From Candidatus Levybacteria bacterium RIFCSPHIGHO2_01_FULL_40_16 (GTDB lineage: Bacteria; Patescibacteriota; Microgenomatia; Levybacterales; UBA12049), in assembly GCA_001783805.1 (NCBI GenBank), contig MFNS01000001.1, positions 257,074 through 321,073 of the forward strand: a DNA stretch of 64,000 nt. Reading direction: 5' to 3'. A program made the position numbers and the translations under genes. Under the pieces are notes generated by a model. It ran no database searches and was not told where the DNA came from. It was given only the letters and a program-made list of their open reading frames with translations. This document shows, piece by piece, positions 59,768 through 64,000 of this stretch. Each line of letters starts with the position of its first letter. The stretch's first letter is position 1.

Positions 59768-60547
59768 TCAAGAATTAAGCCTTGCAATAAAATCCGCTAG
59801 ATCCTCCGGCAAGGGGCTTTCGAAATTTAGTAGTGCGTTTGTCCTAGGGTGGAAGAAGGAGATTTTGGAGGCATGGAGAAAAATGCGGGGTAAAAGCTTC
59901 CTGTCATTCCTGGAAGTTTTACGTCCGGCATATAAAGGATCTGCAAAAATCGGGTGCTTAATATATTGCAGATGAACTCTGATTTGATGCGTCCTTCCGG
60001 TTTTGGGATTAAGCTCTACAAAACTTAAATCTTCGCTTTGAGAATTTGAAATTTGAAATTTAAAATTTGAAATTACGCGGTAACGCGTTACCGATTCCCG
60101 ACCGCCCGATAAAACGCCGAATCTTTTTCTATTCCAGGGCAACCTCCCAACTGCAACATTTATTTCGCCTGCCTCCGGCTCGATTTTCCCATGAACCAGC
60201 GCGAGATATGTTTTTTGAACTTTTCGTTCTTTAAATTGACTTTGAAGATTGATAAATGCTTCTAGGGTTTTTGCGATCAAAATAATTCCCGAAGTTTCCT
60301 TGTCCAAACGGTGCGCAATCCCCGCCCTAGTAATAAAATTTAATTTTGCCTGCTCTTCATAATTTTTATTTTCAATCCCTAATTTATCTGCAACTTTGAA
60401 CTTTGAACTTTGAACTTTGAACTTTGCTTCCACCCATTCCTGCAAAGTTGTCTCCCCTGTTGTTGTGTCAGATCGGTTGACAATCATCCCTGCCGGCTTA
60501 TCCAAAACCAATAAATCTTGATCTTCAAAAATTATCTTCGGCTTCAT
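59768..60547 (-). CDS. RluA-family pseudouridine synthase
   Basis: IAHRLDKETSGIILIAK catalytic Asp motif and an RTHQIRVHL motif. The gene contains two heptanucleotide tandem-repeat tracts. Confidence 0.8.
   Translation of the reverse strand: MKPKIIFEDQDLLVLDKPAGMIVNRSDTTTGETTLQEWVEAKFKVQSSKFKVADKLGIENKNYEEQAKLNFITRAGIAHRLDKETSGIILIAKTLEAFINLQSQFKERKVQKTYLALVHGKIEPEAGEINVAVGRLPWNRKRFGVLSGGRESVTRYRVISNFKFQISNSQSEDLSFVELNPKTGRTHQIRVHLQYIKHPIFADPLYAGRKTSRNDRKLLPRIFLHASKISFFHPRTNALLNFESPLPEDLADFIARLNS
60043..60077. repeat. heptanucleotide tandem repeat (AATTTGA)x~5 inside the rluA-family CDS
   Basis: Read directly from the sequence. Confidence 0.7.
60393..60427. repeat. heptanucleotide tandem repeat (ACTTTGA)x~5 inside the rluA-family CDS
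   Basis: Read directly from the sequence; encodes KFKVQSSKFKV. Confidence 0.7.
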
Positions 60548-61260
60548 TGCTCTCCTTTCTTAAATTGTGTTATTTTCGATATCAAACCTTCGCGCTGAAT
60601 GAGCATTCCCGCCGAGGCAATAAAAATTAATATTAAAATTATGTTTTCAAAATTCTTAAAATACTCCAAAATGCTGATTTTTGAAAAGGCGTTTGAAATA
60701 AGACTAACCGTGGAAAAACAGATTAAAAAGATTAAGGAAATTGTTCCTTCTTTAAATTTTCCATTCAAAAGCCGGGGCAAAAAAAATCTAAGAAAAATAA
60801 TAAATAAAACAAAATATATAGCTGCCTTAATGGCTAATTTTATAAACTCCGTTGCTTCTTGCGAAAACATCAAATAACCTATCAATCCAATTGGTAATGA
60901 AATTAAAAATGCAATAGAAAAAAAATCACATATTCTCCCCAAAGGCAGAGAATTTTCTTTATGTTTTGCTAAGAAAAATAAATATATTCCCGCTCCAACA
61001 ACTCCTCCCAAAAGAGACAGTCCTGGAAAATAAGGAAAGAGGAGGAAGACGAGCGGATTTGCAAAAATACCTTTTGCGGAAAATCCATAAAAGAAACGTG
61101 CCACAAAAAGACCGGTTAACCCACTAATAAAAATTAGGTTGAAAAGTTTTTCCAGCGTCACATCGCGCCGTAAAAAAATGAAATCGTCATTGGTTAGCAC
61201 ATATACGCAATAAAGGAAAATAAAAAGGCAAATTAAAAGAACAAAAATAAAAAATTGCAT
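60544..61260 (-). CDS. lgt: prolipoprotein diacylglyceryl transferase-like membrane protein
   Basis: Polytopic membrane protein with Lgt-like FVARFFYGF and FPYFPGLSLLGGVVGA motifs. Confidence 0.5.
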   Translation of the reverse strand: MQFFIFVLLICLFIFLYCVYVLTNDDFIFLRRDVTLEKLFNLIFISGLTGLFVARFFYGFSAKGIFANPLVFLLFPYFPGLSLLGGVVGAGIYLFFLAKHKENSLPLGRICDFFSIAFLISLPIGLIGYLMFSQEATEFIKLAIKAAIYFVLFIIFLRFFLPRLLNGKFKEGTISLIFLICFSTVSLISNAFSKISILEYFKNFENIILILIFIASAGMLIQREGLISKITQFKKGEQ

Positions 61261-61282
61261 ACGAAAACCGATTCAGACTAGT

Positions 61283-62587
61283 CTAAAACTTAATTAAAAA
61301 TAGATAACGAACACTAATCACCATCATTAGGACTCCAACACCTGTAATAACTGCTCCGACTCCAAACAAGTCCGCCAGTCCTCCTGCAAGAATTACCGGA
61401 AGAAAAGAAACTGCACCAACCAGAGAGCTTAAAAGCCCATACATTCTCCCTCTCATTTCTTCATTAGTCTCAATCTGAATGGTTGAATTGGACGGAATAA
61501 ACACCAGGGAGATGCCAAAGCCGAGAATAAAGGCCATAAGTACAATCAGGTGTAAAATATTTATGTGTATTATTTTCGGCAGAATGGAATTCAGAGTTTG
61601 TACGAACCCATATGAGGTTACGCGGCTTGCTAGGGGCATCAGGATCAAAACGATTCCGGCAATCATAAATCCAATAGCGCTTACTAATTCATGCTTTATT
61701 TTTTTACCCCTGCTCCCCAGCATAAAAGATCCAACCCCTAACCCTACGCATGCGGGAGCAACCAGGATTAAAGAAAGACTTTCCAGAGGCGCTTCGAGTA
61801 TCGTAGCAACATATCCCGGAGCTAAGACCGCAAACATGAAAATTACAGCTTGTGCAATAGTAATCATATAAAGAGCGCGCATAACTTTATTGGCTTTTTT
61901 AATAAATACAAATATTTCTTTCGCCTCTTTGACAAATGAATAATTGGGCCGCGGCATAAATGTGTCTTCCGCAGGCCGTATTTTTTTTATATCGACTATC
62001 TTAATACCCGCGACAACTAAAGCGCTTGCCAAAAAAAAGGAAAGCAAAAGAATAATTGTATAAGTTTTCCCAAGTAAAAGAAGTGCCGGTCCGGAAAATA
62101 TATACGCCAAAAGCATAATTCCGAATATTCCGAATGAAAATACGGCATTTGCCGGAACGATCAGCTTTCTGGGAACCAATTGAGGAATAATCGAAGATTC
62201 TGCGGGTGTAAAAAATTGAGTTGCAACCGCAATTAAAAAAGTAAAGACATAGATTAATCCCAAATGAAGATTTGGAATTAAAAACGGCAAAAGTAGCACT
62301 CCTCTAATTAAATGTGTAAAAAGCAGTACTTTTTTCTTATTCCATCTGTCTACATATACGCCGGAAATAACGCTAAATAAAACTGCCGGAACCATAAAAG
62401 AAAGAATCAGACCCGAGACTGCCGTGTTTGAGCGGGTAATATTATAAATTATGAAAATCAGCACAAAATGCTGCATGTTGAAGGCAATCTGAGAAAAAAA
62501 TTCGGAAAGCATCATGAGGGCAAAAGGCTTCACGCGAAGAACCCGTAGAATATCGTTCTCCAAAACCCGCTTTTTAATTACTTCCAT
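61283..62587 (-). CDS. MFS transporter
   Basis: 12 hydrophobic segments with a typical MFS loop organisation. Confidence 0.6.
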   Translation of the reverse strand: MEVIKKRVLENDILRVLRVKPFALMMLSEFFSQIAFNMQHFVLIFIIYNITRSNTAVSGLILSFMVPAVLFSVISGVYVDRWNKKKVLLFTHLIRGVLLLPFLIPNLHLGLIYVFTFLIAVATQFFTPAESSIIPQLVPRKLIVPANAVFSFGIFGIMLLAYIFSGPALLLLGKTYTIILLLSFFLASALVVAGIKIVDIKKIRPAEDTFMPRPNYSFVKEAKEIFVFIKKANKVMRALYMITIAQAVIFMFAVLAPGYVATILEAPLESLSLILVAPACVGLGVGSFMLGSRGKKIKHELVSAIGFMIAGIVLILMPLASRVTSYGFVQTLNSILPKIIHINILHLIVLMAFILGFGISLVFIPSNSTIQIETNEEMRGRMYGLLSSLVGAVSFLPVILAGGLADLFGVGAVITGVGVLMMVISVRYLFLIKF

Positions 62588-62638
62588 AATTTACAAACTA
62601 ATTATTCATTTTACCAATTATCCAGAACAATTTACAAC

Positions 62639-64000
62639 CTATTTTACCATTCGGAGGAAATTGGAGAGTTTGGATTTGTCGCGCTTCAGCCAAAGATCGT
62701 TTGCGCGGATTTGTTCCGTAACCTGCGCTATTGTCCGTTCAAGTCCAACTGACGGATTTTTTTTGAAGAACTTTTCAATTTCATCTGCTTTCTTATTGTC
62801 TGTAAAATAAGCCGCCGACTGGATAAACCGCGGATACAAGTGTCCACCGGCAAAGGTTTTGGTAATTGATTCCCAATTGCTTTGAACATATTCCCAGGCT
62901 AAATCTCTCCCAACAGGATTTGCCCAAATGAAACTTATTGCCTTGAATCTGTCTTGCGCCCTCATTTGATCGGAAAATGCCATATCCAATGATTTTTTGA
63001 GTAATTTTATGTTTTTAAAAAAACAAAGCGCTCTGAAAATTCGGTCTTTTTCCTCCTGAAACGGACTATTTGAATATAAATTTTTTAGTTTCAGATATTC
63101 TTTTTCTCCCCCATTTTCCGCTACCAGATTGTAAACAACTCCACGTAAATCCGGATCTATTTTGGATTTATTCAGAACAATTTCTGCAAAAATTTCTCCG
63201 GCTTTTTGAATAGTACCCTTATCCCCGTTTGATCCAAATGCAGATAACACAATGCTTCTTAATAATGTCCGCGAATGTGATTCTTGAGGCTCTTTGTTCC
63301 AGCCAATTTTTGTCGCAATCGATTTGAAAATGTTCCGGCAAAAAGTTTTATATTGATCACCGAATGGCTGGCCTACGATTAAATTGCTGATTGTTTTCAA
63401 ATCCGAGGCGATCTCTGCCCAGACAATAAAATTGTCCTCCTGAACATATGCTTGGGCTAATTTTAATGCATCAATGGTTGAGCTATGACCGGATTGCGAT
63501 AACATAAATGCGTCTCGAATTAATCCAAAACGGTCTTCCGGCATTAATCTTTTTCCTCTGATTGGTTCTTCCAGTAACTTCAAAAGAGATTGAGGATATT
63601 GAACGCGGACAAAACTGGTCTCTCCCCCATTCAATTTAATTAACCCTTTTGATTTGGGAATAAAAAGAGATTCTTTGGAAAACAAAAAAGAATCCAGGGG
63701 AATTGACCAAAGCGTTTTATCATTAAGCGCTGAAGCCGATAGTGGGCTTGAAAAAAATCTTGACTGCGTGAGTTTTAATTTCTTGTCCTGATCCGAAACG
63801 GTAACCAGCGGATATCCTGGTTTTCCTGTCCAATTTTCCATAATCTTTTTGACTTTTCTACCTGATACTTTTTCCAAAGCTGCCCACAAATCCAAAGTTG
63901 TCGCATTGGAATATTGGTGTTTTTTTAAATAGCTTTGCAAGCCTTTTTGAAAAACTTTCTCCCCCAAATAATTGGCTAACATCCGAATGATTGATGCTCC
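62639..64000 (-). CDS. M1-family aminopeptidase (aminopeptidase N-like), C-terminal portion; 5' end beyond window
   Basis: LANYLGEKVFQKGLQSYLKKHQYSNATTLDLWAALEKVSG matches the M1 peptidase region after the catalytic domain. The ORF is open to the window edge. Confidence 0.55.
   Translation of the reverse strand, partial: GASIIRMLANYLGEKVFQKGLQSYLKKHQYSNATTLDLWAALEKVSGRKVKKIMENWTGKPGYPLVTVSDQDKKLKLTQSRFFSSPLSASALNDKTLWSIPLDSFLFSKESLFIPKSKGLIKLNGGETSFVRVQYPQSLLKLLEEPIRGKRLMPEDRFGLIRDAFMLSQSGHSSTIDALKLAQAYVQEDNFIVWAEIASDLKTISNLIVGQPFGDQYKTFCRNIFKSIATKIGWNKEPQESHSRTLLRSIVLSAFGSNGDKGTIQKAGEIFAEIVLNKSKIDPDLRGVVYNLVAENGGEKEYLKLKNLYSNSPFQEEKDRIFRALCFFKNIKLLKKSLDMAFSDQMRAQDRFKAISFIWANPVGRDLAWEYVQSNWESITKTFAGGHLYPRFIQSAAYFTDNKKADEIEKFFKKNPSVGLERTIAQVTEQIRANDLWLKRDKSKLSNFLRMVK

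Overview
A 64-kb, AT-rich window from a compact, tightly packed genome. Gene content and arrangement resemble a Candidate Phyla Radiation (Patescibacteria-like) bacterium: reduced aminoacyl-tRNA synthetases, many overlapping gene ends, and a proton-pumping pyrophosphatase sitting between gyrB and gyrA.

The outer parts of the window are housekeeping. Calls include a leuA/cimA-like C-terminal fragment, tRNA-Val, the thrS-infC-rpmI-rplT-pheS-pheT operon, PBP1A, tyrS, recG, rpmF-nusB-rnc and rpsP-KH-trmD. Further on are holB, a cell-wall cluster (Mur ligase-like, alpha/beta hydrolase, DegT-like aminotransferase, cupin, FemAB-like), gyrB, hppA, gyrA, folD, a SIMPL/DUF541 protein, a Xer-type recombinase, yebC, an RluA-family pseudouridine synthase, lgt, an MFS transporter and an M1 aminopeptidase fragment.

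The centre (about 16.3-36.1 kb, entirely on the minus strand) is a roughly 20-kb type IV pilus supercluster, and this is where the unusual signals concentrate. It holds pilB, pilT, pilC, a candidate major pilin, a GT-C/PMT-like glycosyltransferase, a tandem array of four pilin-LamG fusion paralogs, pilD, at least six further pilin or pseudopilin genes (two are large multidomain proteins with Pro/Thr-rich linkers and a shared C-terminal module), a PilX-like protein and pilM, pilN and a pilO-like gene. No secretin was found.

The most notable sequence-level observations are:
- a 62-bp palindromic MITE-like insertion with 10-bp target duplications, present in-frame at the identical prepilin-cleavage codons of two different pilin genes;
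- a pilin-LamG paralog with no ATG start;
- a large pilin whose leader region overlaps the 3' end of pilD;
- a 45-50 bp duplication of the recG 3' end that brackets an inserted minus-strand gene;
- a roughly 950-bp ORF-free region containing a GC-rich, probably structured island next to the recombinase;
- heptanucleotide tandem repeats inside the pseudouridine synthase gene;
- several small sequence motifs that recur in intergenic regions.

No rRNA genes or CRISPR arrays were seen.
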